Source: Marsupella aquatica (taxonomy: Eukaryota; Plantae; Marchantiophyta). From it: a DNA stretch of 64,000 nucleotides. The notes beneath the pieces are model-generated. The model was not told the DNA's origin. It made no database searches and saw only the letters and a program-made list of their open reading frames with translations. Positions within the stretch are counted from its first letter, which is position 1; every line of letters starts with the position of its first letter. This document shows, piece after piece, positions 11,652-25,442 of this stretch. The position numbers were made by a program, and so were the translations under genes. The DNA lies in contig OZ316891.1 of NCBI GenBank assembly GCA_973895155.1, forward strand, positions 28,525,145-28,589,144, given 5' to 3'.

Positions 11652-14600
11652 ACCGAATCAGTGGGAAAGGGTGAGACCAAATAAATGTTATGTAGGACGT
11701 TCTACACCTTATCAATTAAAGTATTTCACGCAATTTTTTTTATTTCCCTGTTAACTCACTCGAAACCGACCGTATTTAAATCCGATTATCCGACTCGGCG
11801 GGGATTGCCAGGCTGCCGGTCAACGACCTTTGCCGAACCTCTTTTGGCAAAGGCCAGACGCATAACCTATGGCCCATTGAGCACGGGGGGGGCATGGGTG
11901 GCACCACCTAGTGCGCAGGGAGCGTATTCGGGTATCGTGCGCGGTAAAGCCATTTCTGGCCGGAGGACCTAAGACAAAGAAGTGTGCCCTTTGGCCCTAA
12001 GAGGTTTGATTCGGCGATTCGCCATCGCTAGTTCGGTCGTTTTTTGGCCGATTACGTTTCGGACCCTACGGGCCTGTGTTTTACGTAATGTGATGTCGTA
12101 TGGGGCCACGGGCCTTGTGCTTTTTCTTTACCTGATAGATACACTGCTCTAAATATAGGGAGAAAAAAAAAACTGCATAATCTTTTGAAATGCATAATCT
12201 TTTGGTTTCAAAAGCTGCTGAATCGGAAGATGATGCAGCGTATACGGCGAAGGCGGGGTTTTTAAAGTTGATGGATGGGGAACAAGGTCCGGAGGAGGGT
12301 TTTAGGCATTTTGATGGAAAATAAGAACCCCTTTCTTTGTTCGGTCCTTATTGCAGAACCCAGATAAGTGCGCCAGCCTTGGTGCATCGTGGACTTGTAC
12401 TTTTTCTCGCGCAGGACCTATACCGGTTATCGGTCGTCCAGGCGCGAGCGATATCAGGCGTCGGGAGGGACAGACGCCTCTGTCCTCGCCGCCCCGAGGC
12501 GCTGTTCGAGCTTCTTACTCGGGCAGATTGGCCCGGTACGGTTCGTAAGAGACGACAGCCCCCCGGCCCCTGTCTGACAGTCCAACCTCTCGGGGGCCCT
12601 GTCAGCCGCCAGTCCCCGGCCCTTCGGACAGACCCACAAAGTTTCTCGTGTTCTTTGGTCAGTCGTTCCTCCCCGCTCCTTTGTTGTCTATTTAGCACTC
12701 TCCGCCGCGGCGGTTGTATGTGAGCCTTTCGTCATCCATCTTACAAGGCGGCCAGGGATATCCATTGCGGCAGCTTTTTGGCCTAAGCGCTAAGTAGGAA
12801 AATAAACCTTTGATAGATTATGGAATGGCAAAAGTTATCCAAGCAGATATCCCGTGTGATGAGGCTCACATCTGCTTTTATATAGCCCTTAGTGTCAGGT
12901 CGATTAATATAAGATTAAGTTTTTCCGCCGCCTACTCGCACGCATCTTTCAGGCCGTATTATGTGCTTCTTTGGTCGACTGACTTTTTGCCCTTTCCTTA
13001 ATCGTTTCTCTATTTGTGGCTGACGGGTACCTAGTACTTAGCCTCATATATTGATACATTTTTATGAACAGAGCAACCCTTTTTCCCGTTCTGTCGCCCC
13101 CGAGTGAAAGTGGGGGGGGGGCCGAAAGGCGCACAGTGGCGCCCTCTTTTCCCGGCAAGCGCGACGGGGGAGCCACCGATAATTTTCGAAGAGCGAGTAT
13201 ATTCGCTTTGTTCCACCATCGCAATTTGAAAGATTGGAACATTACATATATATATATATATACGTGGCGATTCATATAGAATAGTTGCTTACGGGCCAAA
13301 TAGATATATATATATTTCTTTATTTCATTTATTTATTTATCTCTCTCTATATGGTCCAGGAACGAACTTCGATCCCCTTTCTTTTATACGTAAGATGAAA
13401 TTACTATTATTAGACAAGATATTAAGGATAGTAATAATTATTAGGTTCAGAATGAGAACTGATACTACTAAATACTGAGAATTTTTGAATGACTAAGTTT
13501 TTTCAAGTCGGGAAACTCGACTTCAACTTTTTGTAAATAAAACTAAGAAGGGACCTTGACATCCTAGTAAATAATCCCGTTGGAAACCTTTGTAATTACG
13601 ATGGGATAGACTCATTCCTACTACATGATCCGATAGAGGGAACCTGGGATACGCTATGTCCATACCTGAAGCCGAGACAATAAGCTTCCTCGGATTTCCA
13701 TGACTCCAACACTCCGCGAACTGAACACGAATGCCTTTGAGCCAACAAGTCTAGTTGATTGCGGAATTGCTTGTCCTTATATCTGCCTTCGAAGTTTCTC
13801 GAGGAGACATGGCAGTTCCAAAGCAGATAATAGAAGGTGAGCGTCTCATGAATAGGATCAAGGGTCTACCTTCCTCGTCGCCCATTCATCGCTCATGTCG
13901 CCGGGTCATACATAATCCCGTACCCGGGACCTCTCGCCACGGAGCTAAGTGATTTGCTCCGGGCTATCGAGTCCTTCGAAGCGGAACGTATAATACAATT
14001 TACCGAGCTTACTTGCACGGCGGCCCGCCCCTGACATAGCTGCTCAGCGAAGGCCCCCGGCCTCTGAAGAGCTGGTAGACGACGGAGAAGGGGGCATATG
14101 TTGGTTGGAATCCACACGGATAAGGGGCCGGTGAAACCAAAGAAGTCTACTTGCTTCGGAGTCTCAAAAGTCGGATTACCATAGAAATAACAAACAACTA
14201 TTAGGAGCCCTTTCATTACAAACCGGATCATTCCCCTAAGCAGGGCCGGCTCCTTTAATTCTGTTAAGCGCGCTGTTAGGGAAAAAGGGGGGCGTTGGTA
14301 GTGGGTTCCGACGCCGGATCATAGATGTGGATCCACCGTCGTGCTACTTTGGTAATGAATCCGTCCGACGGAGAGAAGGTGACAACTGTAGAACAACGCC
14401 ATGCTCCAGCAGGGGCTCTTGGATTCGGAAAGGGAGTCTGTTGGACTTACTATGAAGGAATTCAAGGGCCCCAAAGCCGACCGGGGACTGTCAGTCGGAC
14501 ATAAGAGAGAACAAAAATTGACGAAAAAACAAGAAAGGGATGCCGCGAGCTGAAATGGCTGAGAAGGAAGGCACATAGTACTTCAATCTACAAGCCCGAA

Positions 14601-15182
14601 CACCCTCCCCGCGCACTCCGTGCCTATGGGTCCTCCGCCGCCGGACGGAGGAGGAGGTGCGTAAGCACTTTCAGACGGGATACTTCTTTACGGAAGAAAG
14701 ACCTGATGAAGGGCACGAGACAACTATAGGGGGAGGTGCTACGCACGGACCGAAGGGCCGAAGGTTTCGGATTTTACTTCTTCATCGGGTCCCTTATCGC
14801 CTCCTATTACCTACCATATTTCTCTATGAGGATTCATCGGATTCAGCCTTTATCCATGAGGGTTCCTCTTCCCTATTCATCATGGAATTACATAGTTAAT
14901 GGCATAACCGGAAAATTCCTCGTATATTCCAATGATACTTTAATACTGCGATTACAACGATACTTGGAAATGCAATTACATAATAAATCGCATTTTCAAG
15001 CAAATCGATAAGGCAGACAATGACCGACTCAGACTCTTACGGACTTGAGCGCACCTATGGCTGAAGAACTAATACACGTCCGTGAGGCCAAAAATATCTT
15101 TCTTTTTTCTTAGCCTTTCCCATTACCAATGCTGATCAATCAAATTCTAAGCATTCATATAATATTCTTTGGGCGAGCCAAG

Positions 15183-15256
15183 CAAGGTGTAGCGCAATCT
15201 GGTAGCGCGTCTGCCTTGGGCGCAGAAAGTTACAGGTTCAAATCCTGTCACCTTGA
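15183..15256 (+). tRNA. trnP: tRNA-Pro(UGG)
   Basis: Acceptor caaggtg/caccttg, anticodon TGG, directly upstream of sdh3. Confidence 0.95.
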
Positions 15257-15281
15257 ATCAAAATCGGAGTCAACTAAAAAG

Positions 15282-15695
15282 ATGAAAATAAATCGACCGT
15301 TATCACCCCACCTTACCATCTATAAGCCGCAGCTTACTTCGACGTTTTCTATTTTCCATAGAATATCCGGGGCGTTCTTGGCCACTATGGTTTTGTTCAG
15401 TATTTTTTTTTTCAAAATAGGTGATCTCAGCCTCACGTTTTTTGATTTTTACCAGTATTTCTTCCTCCTCACTCTTTATTTGAATTGGGTCATTATAAGC
15501 TTAGTCAATTTCACTTTATTAGCGTTGTGCTATCATATGAGTAATGGAGTTCGTCATTTATTGTGGGATTCGGGTCTTTTCCTAGAATTATCCAAAGTGT
15601 ATACTTCCGGAATTATTATGTTACTCTGTGCAGCTTTCTTAGCTTTATTGAATATTATCCGACAGCACTGGTCAAATGGCCAAATACCTTATTGA
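15282..15695 (+). CDS. sdh3: Succinate dehydrogenase subunit 3 (NUMT copy)
   Basis: MKINRPLSPHLTIYKPQLTSTFSIFHRISG...YHMSNGVRHLLWD. The ORF-track extension to 15129 only overlaps trnP. Confidence 0.95.
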   Translation: MKINRPLSPHLTIYKPQLTSTFSIFHRISGAFLATMVLFSIFFFKIGDLSLTFFDFYQYFFLLTLYLNWVIISLVNFTLLALCYHMSNGVRHLLWDSGLFLELSKVYTSGIIMLLCAAFLALLNIIRQHWSNGQIPY

Positions 15696-16844
15696 ATTAG
15701 ACAAAGAAAAAGCAAATATTCTGAAGGAATCACTATCAGCACTGGCCGGAATGGCCGAATACCACATTAGCCGGCTCATTCTCGTTACCTATTCCCAGTA
15801 TTCCGTTTTATATTTTGAAACTTATGCTATTTTAAGAACGGTCTCAATCTTAGCCACCATTATAACTCTCTTGATATACTTCGGACTTGGAGTCAGTCAC
15901 AAACTGCAAACCCATAATTTCGTATAATATATCCGTCAAACAAATTCTACAGTGTTCCAGTTCATTTTGTTAAAAATTCTATGCTTCGAGCGAACGTTTT
16001 GCCCTTCTGGGGTTTTATAATTTTTGACCTTTTCTCAACTTATTTATGCTATTTTCATATTTCCTTCCAGTAATGAACTCGTAAGTGTTTTAGCAAAAAT
16101 AGTAACTGTGTTTATAATAATATACTATCGATTAAGACGCGATTTTTTGGTGTTTCAAATCACCAAGAATTCACAAAAAATAATAACGTGGGATTTTATA
16201 TTGAGTCAGCTCCGAGGTGCTATTGAGCAACAGTCGGCCGGCTACAAGGGTAATATTGAAGAGTTTATCGGGTCTTTTTTTGTAAATAAACTATCGAACA
16301 AATCCTCTTAAATCAGTGACCTTCCCGTTTTTTACAAGGCCTTCTCATGCTTCAGTTGCGAGAGAAGCACCCGGTGATGGTGGATCTGCCGACGCTGGGG
16401 CCGTCGGTAAATCCGCGGCGGGACAATGAGCAACTGATTGGGTCTATTAAAATTCTGGGGCGTCTATTGCTGTCATTGTAGCCGGGGTTTTTCGGTTATA
16501 AAATATATGTAAATGAGCGTGGAAACGCTCGAAAAGACCAAGCCCTGGAGCAGAAAGATGAAGAGCTCGCCTAAAATGATAAGAAGTATGAGCTGAATAA
16601 GGAAAAGTATGAGCTGGATCAGGAAAAGTTCGAGTACGAAAAGTTTAAAAAAGGGGAGGCGGCCATGTAAGATCTTAACGCCCCTGAAAAGACTCCATAG
16701 GATCCACAATCGGTATTTATTCAAAAGCATGGAGGGCTTTCAGCTAGGGGAGCTCGTAACAAAAGCCTTTTTGAGCCTACGTTTAATATCTTCGATTTGT
16801 TTTTTTTAACTTTCCCAAGAGCAACGCTACGCGCCTGGCTTTGT

Positions 16845-17211
16845 TGTTCTAGCCAAAACTAATCCTATTTTAGCTATTACCCTGTCTATTACTATGTTCT
16901 CATACGCAGGAATACCCCCATTAGCTGGATTTCGTAGCAAATTCTATTTGTTTTTTGCCGCTTTAGGCTGTGGGGCCTACCTACCAGCCCTAATAGGAGT
17001 AGTTACTAGCGTTATCAGTTGTTTTTATTATATATGCTTTGTGAAAATAATGTATTTTGATACACCCGAAACATGGATTTTATATAAACCCATGGATCGT
17101 GAAAAATCCTTACTACTAGCAATCATTGTCTTTCTCATCACTTTTTTCTTTCTATATCCCTCTCCCCTGTTTTTAGTTACTCATCAAATGGCACTTTGCC
17201 TATGTTTATGA
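16845..17211 (+). pseudogene. nad2: 3' fragment of nad2
   Basis: LAKTNPILAITLSITMFSYAGIPPLAGF...FYY...MYFDTP...HQMAL; no 5' part. Confidence 0.85.
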
Positions 17212-17389
17212 GCCTAATGATTTCTCGGGGGGGCGCAGCACGAAAAAAAATATTTGTTTTCGCGGCTGATTATCTATCATATATAGAGAAATCCCCCCTC
17301 AAGGCTTTAGCTCTCCGCAGGCCCGTAGTGCATAAAAGGCTTTCTGATTTCGTGGCCCTCTGGTCTTACATCCAAGAGGCCACCCTTTA

Positions 17390-17740
17390 CCTTTTGCTCG
17401 ATTTTGCTCGATTTGGTTCAAATCTCGATGCTGTGACTCAGTATTTATTGAATAATCGTGAGGCTAGGTCAACTAAGATACTTGAACAACCACGATATAG
17501 CCGTCCAATTCCTATTGAAAAACAAATCGTGGTTATTTATGCAGCTGTCAAAGGTTACTTAGACCAAATACCCGTCGTTCTCACAACACACTATGAGCAA
17601 GAGCTATTGAAATGAAATCTATCGACCCAGGTCTACTTTCTGCTATTGTACAACAAAAAAACATCACTGAGCAAATTAGTAGTCAACTGGCTACCTCTCG
17701 CCATAAATGTACGCGGAGCTTCTTAGCGATTCATCAATCA
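17390..17740 (+). pseudogene. atp1: Degenerate 3' fragment of atp1
   Basis: FARFGSNLDAVTQYLLN...EQPRYS..PIEKQIVVIYAAVKGYLDQIP, with a stop/frameshift near 17615. Confidence 0.8.
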
Positions 17741-17980
17741 TAAGAAAAGGAGAGGGGCAAAGCAGCTATTTGCTTCACCCCTCCCCCCTCCGGGTACCGG
17801 GTAGCCGTGGCTTATAAGAAAGGTAGAGCATGGGCAATTTGTCGTTGGGAGTTTGTAAAGTCTCTCATTTTTTAGTTATAATCGTAACCGCGCCCCCTAC
17901 GCAACGACGCTTCCTTTCCGGAATTCGGGATGGGAGAAACAAGCGCTTAGCGCCTCGGGTTTCCGCATTCGTTGTCAAAT

Positions 17981-18053
17981 CAGGAGAAAAGGGATTCGAA
18001 CCCTTAACCTTTGGTTTTGGAGACCATTGTTCTACCATTGGAACTATTCTCCT
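17981..18053 (-). tRNA. trnW: tRNA-Trp(CCA)
   Basis: Minus-strand cloverleaf aggagaa...ttctcct, anticodon CCA. Confidence 0.95.
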
Positions 18054-18076
18054 TCAAAAAAAGTGGTTCTTGGTTC

Positions 18077-19956
18077 ATGGAATTTGCACCTATTTTTGTC
18101 TATTTAGTAATCAGTTTGCTACTTTCCTTGATCTTAATTGGTGTTTCTTTTCTATTCGCTTCTTCTTCCAGTTTGGCTTACCCAGAGAAATTGTCAGCTT
18201 ACGAATGTGGTTTTGAGGGCGGCCGTTAGGTTACCTACAGTCATAAACGTGTGTGGCCGAACTTCACACGAGGGGTATATGGCTTACTGGAAGCTGGTAA
18301 CGGCGGAGGAACCGAAGCATGCCATAAAAGCATCACTGAGGGCCGGAGGCACGATAGGGGAGAGGGCCAACCAGAGCGATACACTCGACCGGTCCGTCCG
18401 AAGGATACTTATTTGGCGGGGTCAATCAATAGGCCGGAAATGGCTTGATGATTTCAGCACGCGAAGACCCGTCGGCGGGCCCAAAGGGCACGAGACTTGC
18501 CGTGCGAGGTGCTACGGACTTTGGGCCAGAGAGTTCGGCGGGTCGAAGGCGCTTTGGCCCTACGGGCCACCTCGCTTTCCGCCCAAGACCGTGATGCGAG
18601 CCCCCCGGCACTAACGAGATGAGGTGCTGTTATGGCGAATCGGAGTCGTTTTCGGGAAAGCATACCCTGCCTGCTGGAGCTAACTCCGTGCTGCCTTGCG
18701 CACGCGGGAACGCACGCGAAAAGATGCAGCAGTCACGCCCTCTGCCTGCAGATGATCAGAATCGGCCAGGCCACAGGTCGGAGTGGAAATATGGGGGCGG
18801 ATTACCCAACACATTGGGGACAGACGACTAAACGACATCTCGAAGTGCTACAGCCTGTAGGCGATACCGGCGAGGTCCAGCCAGATGAGCGCCGGCCAAG
18901 GCGGGTTGGAAGTCAGAAGGCCCGCAGTACCCGGCTAAACCTTCGCTTCGAGAAGGGGAAGGCACTGGAAACACCAGTAATCGGGAAGGGGCCTAGGTAT
19001 CTGCTTGGTCTAAGCGGATTTCACTCTACACAGCTTATCAAAGCAACTCTAACGGATCTCAGATTGGCTGTGACCGACACGGTACGGTATGCGGTTTGCT
19101 CCCTGTTAGGCCCTTGGATCTCTAGCTATGAGAGAAAGCGAACAGGCGGACAAGGCGGCTTGAAAGTCCTCTAGCTTCTCCTCTCCAGCAAGCTATAGGG
19201 TACGGCGCGGCACAAAATAGTTTTAATTCACTTGGTCCACCTGCCCTGGCTCCCCCGGCGAAACTTCCCAAGGATGCTCAAACTCTGCAAGGCGATAAGT
19301 ATAAACTCTGGAATCGCTGAAAAAGCAGAGCAACCCGACAAATACGAGATCATTCTATGCCCTGTCTTGCGTGGCTCCGGCTGTTCAGCACTGTAAAAAA
19401 GGCTCCTCGCCCGCTCTCTGCGCATCGACGGAGAGCACGGAATGGAATCATGCTTTTGATAGGATGAAGAAACATATTCTGTTTATTCGGAGATACCACC
19501 CGCCGGAGGCCCATAAGGAAGACCTAGAGGAAATCATTGGGAAGACCTAGGGTAGATCATTGGTTTTCGGAAACCGAAAAGATATATATAAATATAAATA
19601 TGCTGCGCCCGTAGTGAAGTAGTGAAAGAGGGACCAAAGTAAGTAGAGTTAGTGAGCCGTGTAATGGGCAACTATTTCGCACGGTTCGGAGGGCACTTCA
19701 GTAGGCCCTACATGCATGGGCTGAAGTCTTGACCCCTATTCCTTTTGATGATGCCAGAAGTCGTTTCGATATACGATTTTATCTTGTTTCTATTTTATTT
19801 ATTATATCCGATTCGGAAGTCACCTTTTCATTTCCTTGGGCAGTTTCTCTTAACAAGATTGGTTCGTTTGGATTCTGGTCTATGATGGTATTTTTACTTA
19901 TTTTGACGATTGGATTTGTATATGAATGGAAAAAGGGCGCTTTAGATTGGGAGTAA
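18077..19956 (+). CDS. nad3: NADH dehydrogenase subunit 3, two exons (18077-18216, 19740-19956)
   Basis: [13 protein letters not shown]...[11 protein letters not shown]|[16 protein letters not shown]...[10 protein letters not shown]; 357 nt spliced; needs C-to-U editing ([13 protein letters not shown]). Confidence 0.95.
18217..19739 (+). ncRNA. Group II intron nad3i140
   Basis: Starts gggcg after nt 140 of nad3; domain V gagccgtgtaatgggcaactatttcgcacggttc; ends ctat. Confidence 0.9.
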
Positions 19957-20344
19957 CTCTTCATTCGCGAAAGCGAATGGAGTGGAAAGAAAAAATATAA
20001 GCCCGTAGGGCTGAAGCTCTCATCGCTCTCTTTCTCCCTCTCCGGACACTTTTTTGGTCCAAAGGACACGAAACTTGCCGGGTATCTATCGTGTGCGGAT
20101 TCCAGCCAAAAAGGAATTTCGGCTCTTCCGTGCCCCCGACCCGCGAAGCGGTTTAATTAATCCTCCGGATTGGAAGTATATAAACCGCTTCACGGGACTC
20201 TATGTCCCGCACAGTGAATGCTCTCTCCCGTAGTACTATGTGCCTAAAATAAGAGATCTTTCTTGCTATGGGAAAACCACGAACACCATTGCAAAAACAA
20301 ATCACTCGTTGTGTCTGCTCAATAGTTGATTATTGGACACATTG

Positions 20345-20417
20345 GGGTAATTAGCTCAGTTGGTAGAGTGCCTTGTTTACACCGAGAGCGTCAGCGGTTC
20401 AAGTCCGTTATTATCCA
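20345..20417 (+). tRNA. trnV: tRNA-Val(UAC)
   Basis: Cloverleaf, anticodon TAC. Confidence 0.93.
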
Positions 20418-21225
20418 AGGGTTCTCCATCATCTTAATTATGGATTGAATCTAGCGTCTGAATACATGTAATAATTCGATTGATGTTGGTTACGAGAATG
20501 TGAAAAAAGGGGGGGGGGGACAAAATGGATTCTATGGTATCGGTAACCCGAGCTATGGAGATTACGGTAGATGGGATAAACGGACCATACGGGATAATGA
20601 AAGAATCCTATTACTCAAATTTGAGTAACGTGAACGGGGAGAGATCTCATTAATAGACGACGGATCACGTGAGGAGTAGAGTAGGGGTCGGGATAGCCAG
20701 GGAAAAGACCAAATGAGGGGATTACAAGCAAGATGGAAGAACCCCCGTAAATGAATGTGATCCAATTGTGAAAATCACTCTGCCGCGAACGTGACGATAT
20801 GACAGATAGATTGATATCTAGAAAAATAAAATGAGCCGCCGGTCGACCAAAAAACCCAGTATAAGGATTTGGAACCAAAAAAAGCCATTTAAGTCCTTGG
20901 ATGGTCCCATGTATCTTACGGAGTGTCGATCAAATCAAAAACAATTTTTGATTTGCCCATGAGAGAAAGACAAAGGAATAATATGCTAATACCTCGAAGA
21001 AAACGAAAAGGGATAATAATATTATCATACCTCTATTGACGGGCACAGCGGAGTGCTATCCAAGTCCAATGTGGTGTGGTGCTGAGCACCATTCCCGAGG
21101 AACTCGGCGGCGGGCGCCCGACACAAAATGGGCTGTAGGGGTTCGCCGGATTATTGAAGGCTCCGGTGTATAGATAATCGAATCTATGCAATATGTATCC
21201 CGGTCGGGAGTGACTCGTAGGTTGG

Positions 21226-21667
21226 ATTTACTTATTTGCTGGGCCATTTTTCGAATCGTGTACGAAATTCCATAAGGACCCAAGATTTCAATAGCACCTT
21301 TGTCTAAAGCTTTGAACGAAACTTCATATCCAAAACGCAAAAACGATCTAGCTAAGAAGTCGTTAAAAACTTTATCGAAAAACCAACGCTTATTGAAAAA
21401 GCAATATAGTCGATTACCAAAAGTACTAGTTTTCAAAGCGAGAATGAGTGGATTCACCACAAAATTTACACTATACGCCACGAATGAACCTAAAGTACTA
21501 AACAAAATAGGAATTAGTTTGATAATGGTTGGAGTAGCAAACTCAGATTCGGCCATAATTTCATTTCTGGGTAATATGAAAAGTGAATTAGCCCAAAAAT
21601 TGGTACCTGAACCAATCATCATATCTCTGGCCAAGTATCCTACAAAAATACTCCCAAAAGCCAAAAG
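21226..21667 (-). pseudogene. nad5: Internal/3' fragment of nad5 bounded by linker DNA
   Basis: [27 protein letters not shown]...[13 protein letters not shown]...[15 protein letters not shown]; undecayed but cut at both ends. Confidence 0.9.
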
Positions 21668-21705
21668 GTTTAGATATGATTATTGCCGCTCATACAATTT
21701 AGCGG

Positions 21706-21779
21706 ATCTAAATAGCTTAGTGGTTTATAGCGCTGGTCTGTCAAGCCAGAAGTCGCGGGTTCAAATCCCGTTTTTCCCG
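21706..21779 (+). pseudogene. trnD: tRNA-Asp(GUC) with 5' acceptor strand destroyed by a junction
   Basis: D, anticodon (GTC) and T arms are intact. The 3' acceptor ttttccc needs gggaaaa, but the 5' strand reads atctaaa. Confidence 0.85.
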
Positions 21780-21969
21780 TTGAAACTGGAATCCGATTGT
21801 GAAAGAAACCAGTTCATATATATATATATATTTTTTTTCTTTCGAAAAAACCCAGCTTACATAAGCTCTCTCTTGAGCTCCGGCATACTGGCGAAGCTCT
21901 TCTCACACTCCGCACCCCCGCGCATATGCCGAAGCCTGGGTAAGCAAAAATATTTCTCTGTTTTTCTTT

Positions 21970-23017
21970 GGAGGTATGGCTGAGTGGTTGAAAGCATTGG
22001 TTTGCTAAATCAGTGCGACAAGAAACTGTGCAATGTAATGTGGTTCAATTCCACAGGACGTAACCCCCCGTCCTACCCAACCTGGACATGCGTCGGGAGT
22101 AATCTCGAGGTGTGAAGCTCTAGGGACAATGTAATGATGCTTGGGATTCCGTACCGAGCTAATGCTAGGGTGAAGAGACCGGCGGGTCTTCGCGTGCGGA
22201 AATCGTCAAGAAGCCGGCCAGAAGACCCGTGAAGCCAAAGAAGGACGTAGTGCCTGTAAAAAAGTATCCTTCGGACCCTTTGGCGGCGGGCCCTCAATAG
22301 ATGAACAGTTCGAACGAACTAATACAGAGACCTCGTAACAAACAATTCAAGGCGGAACCGAAAGATCTCCTTCCTGGATGAAATTAGGTGAAAAATTGGA
22401 ATGGTAGGCATCCCGAGCAGGAAGCCAGCCGTGGAAGGGGGTGGTATCTCCGATTTTGATATCATCGTGGGTTCAGATTTCCATCGGGGTTTTTCTAGGT
22501 TCTTCCTGTTGAGGGAGATGATACTACATTGCGCGGAACTTGGTAAACCCTCATCGCTCCTTCCGGGAGGCTCTGTGGTAATGCGGAGTAACGCAATGCG
22601 GGTAGAGGACAGCTCAAAAAGCAAAAACCCGTCTGTAATTGATGGGAGAGGATCTTGTGATCTACACCGAAAGGTGGCAGACTTGAGCATGGGTGACTTG
22701 TACTATATATTTCTCGAGACTTTGATAAAAAGGATATAAAATTCATTTTTTTTCTTGCCACAAGGGACAACAGGGGCTTAGAGCTGTGGGTTCACCCGCA
22801 ACACTTAACTTGCCGCGAGAGTTTTATACATGGAACAACTTCTAGTAGCCAATGATGCAAGCATAACTCTTGCGAGGTTACGTTTCGGACAGGTTGCTTG
22901 AGCCGTATGCGGGGAAACTCGCACGTACGGTTCTTAGGGGGGGAAAGCTTGAGAGGGCCGACCTATCCCGACAAATACAACGATATTGTATCATGGGTTC
23001 AAATCCCATTTCCTCCG
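21970..23017 (+). tRNA. trnS: tRNA-Ser(GCU) split by group II intron trnS-GCUi43 (exons 21970-22012, 22973-23017)
   Basis: ggaggtatggctgagtgg...ttgctaa, intron gtgcg at 22013, domain V gagccgtatgcggggaaactcgcacgtacggttc, 3' exon ends tcctccg. Confidence 0.92.
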
Positions 23018-23019
23018 TA

Positions 23020-23092
23020 GGGGACGTAGCTCAATTGGTAGAGCGCATGTTTTGCAAGCATGAAGCTGTCGGTTCAAATCCGATCGTCTCCA
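23020..23092 (+). tRNA. trnA: tRNA-Ala(UGC)
   Basis: ggggacgtagctcaattgg...cgtctcca, anticodon TGC. Confidence 0.95.
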
Positions 23093-23954
23093 TATGAGTA
23101 ATCTACCGGAAAAAAAAATAGAATAAATGCTTGTGAGAATGCACCTTTATAAAAAGAGATCTCGTTATGCTTCGCACCTTAATTCGGGGCGGGGGGGGGC
23201 GCCAGCAAGCATGTGCTGGGATATAATCATTGAAACTGAAGATGGAGAACGAGGTCAAAAGTTTTTATCCGAGCCCGGCGGGACTGTCTGACAGGACCTT
23301 AGGAAGAGGCACGTAGTGCGTGCGGAGACCTTTCAATCTACAAGCCGCCTCCCCAGGGTTTCCATCCCCATCCTCTCACGTTGGGTTTCGTCCCTGCGGG
23401 GCCTTCCATTGCTCCCCGCGCGCTACGTTCCTTTAGCCCTTCAGGTTCGGGTCGAGCACTACGTGTCTATCGGTGTCGTCCAGACCCACAAAGTTCAGCG
23501 CGGGCCATAGGAAATTATAGTTGAATGGAACGCCAGAATAGCGAAGTCGTAAGGTAAGGTCGCCCGGCGTGCTTACGAGCGGAAAAAAAGGCCCGGGATG
23601 GATTATCTATCCTCGGGAAAGGCTACATCGGGTGAGCGGCTCGCAGGGTCCGTATAGAGAAATGATTGAAGGAGAGCACCTTGGACAACAAGAGAATCCG
23701 TTATATCCCGACCGACGCAGGCGCAACTTCTAGCGTACCTTCGATTTACGGAGAGTAGTACGGCCGTTTAAGTTTGCTTTTTCGGCAGTTAGTTGATTTT
23801 ATACAATTCTTAGAACGGCTTATGGTTGGGAGGGAGATAGATTTTCTCACGAAACAGAAAGCTTTTATGCGTTTCGCTTATCCTACCGTAGATATTTATG
23901 CTATGGTTTGAATGGTAAACGAAAACAATTAATAACAAATACGAATTATTAGAT

Positions 23955-25300
23955 ATGGCTAGCACTAAACAAATCAAGAATGTTATTTTTAATTTTGGAC
24001 CTCAACTGCTGCTCATGGTGTTTTACGATCAGTCTTGGAAATGGATGGAGAAGTGGTAGAACGCGCGGAACCGCATATTGGATTACTGAGGCACGGAAAA
24101 ATTATAAAACCAACGTATCTTCCTTCGAGCTTCACCTTCTTCTGATCGGTTAGATTATGTTTCTATAATGGCCCAGGAACATGCTTATTCTTTAGCTATA
24201 GAGATACTTTGTAATTGTAAGGTATCTTCACTAGCTCAGTATATACGAGTGTTATTTCGTGGATGGAATAACTCGGATGATCCCATATGTGCGCCGTAGC
24301 AATGTGTGTGTTCTTAGCGATAGGCCGATTAATGATGCCCGATATAAAGCATCATCACATTATCCTCCTCGAAGGGAAAGCCCGAGGGGGGCATGTGGAG
24401 AGGGAGGGAAACAAACCGGCGTGAAACCGATAGCGTTATTATGTTATCCGAGCTATAGCCCCATCGATCTTAGTAGTTACTTTGGAGTGATCCGGCTCGG
24501 GCTGGTTGACCTAACAAACACACGTGGTTGTGATTGAGGCCGGAAGAACCATTATGTCGCCAGCATTGCGACAAGCCACCGCCTCTGATTTAAGGGTTCG
24601 TGGAAAGAGTGGGACATGCCGGAGCCAGCTCCCAGTCCACCAGCTGCTGCCGGCGTAAACCAACCGCAAGGACGCTTTCAACCGCGACGATCGGGGGGGG
24701 GGAGGTCTATTGGACACTCACCACAGAAGGACCGCGAAGGTATCCAGAATGACCCCAGCTGATGACACGATAAGCTGAGACCCCTGGCCATCATTCCATG
24801 GGAGCTTATTTACCACTCAAGGCAGGATCGGATAACACCCAGGCGCGTAGCAAAGTAAGCCTCCGGGCTTACCTGTGCACGGATAGCCCGACACAGTCTC
24901 AGCCTACAGGCTGTACGCGGTTAGTACCCGGCCGGGGACCTCAAACACCAAACTACAGGGCCCAAACTCTATCGCTCTGATTCCGGCTTACAAACTATTA
25001 AAAAAAGACTACATGAACTACCTATATCTGACAAAATTGCTACTCACGTTTCAAACGGAAGGAGCTTATATACCAGCTATAGAATCTGTCCGGCACAAAC
25101 TTACACATAACGAATGGCAAACCGAAATAAAAGCAGGGCCGGGGTCGACTCCAGGACTGCGGACTCCGATACGCGCCTGGATGGCATGATAAAATTTGAA
25201 AAAACCATTGCCAGACTCGAGACGCGTAGCGGAGTCCAGTTCAAAAAACCTCTCGGAGAATTACCAAACCAGATAGAGAGGCCTTACGGGGCCAGGTATA
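23955..25300 (+). pseudogene. nad7: nad7 pseudogene exon 1 (23955-24288) plus the 5' part of group II intron nad7i336, cut by a junction
   Basis: [58 protein letters not shown] with frameshifts; gtgcg at 24289; no domain V before ~25,300. Confidence 0.85.
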
Positions 25301-25442
25301 CAATTCCCACGCGTTGTACAAGAAGCTATACGGGCAGTTATCGAAAACAATGGTATCTAAACCCAATCGTAATTAACCCGCGAATCGTAATTATTCAAGG
25401 ATTTGATTCACGTTTTAGTATTACGTCGAAACAGTTCCAAAC

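Noticed and set aside
15129-15281. N-terminal extension of sdh3 in the ORF track
   Set aside because: It overlaps trnP; the conserved start is MKINRPLSPHL at 15282.
18138-19425. Several 60-180 aa ORFs inside the nad3 intron (possible maturase)
   Set aside because: No RT or maturase motifs; these are chance ORFs in GC-rich intron sequence.
21300-21983. 227-aa plus-strand ORF
   Set aside because: It is antisense to the nad5 fragment and runs through linker DNA and trnD.
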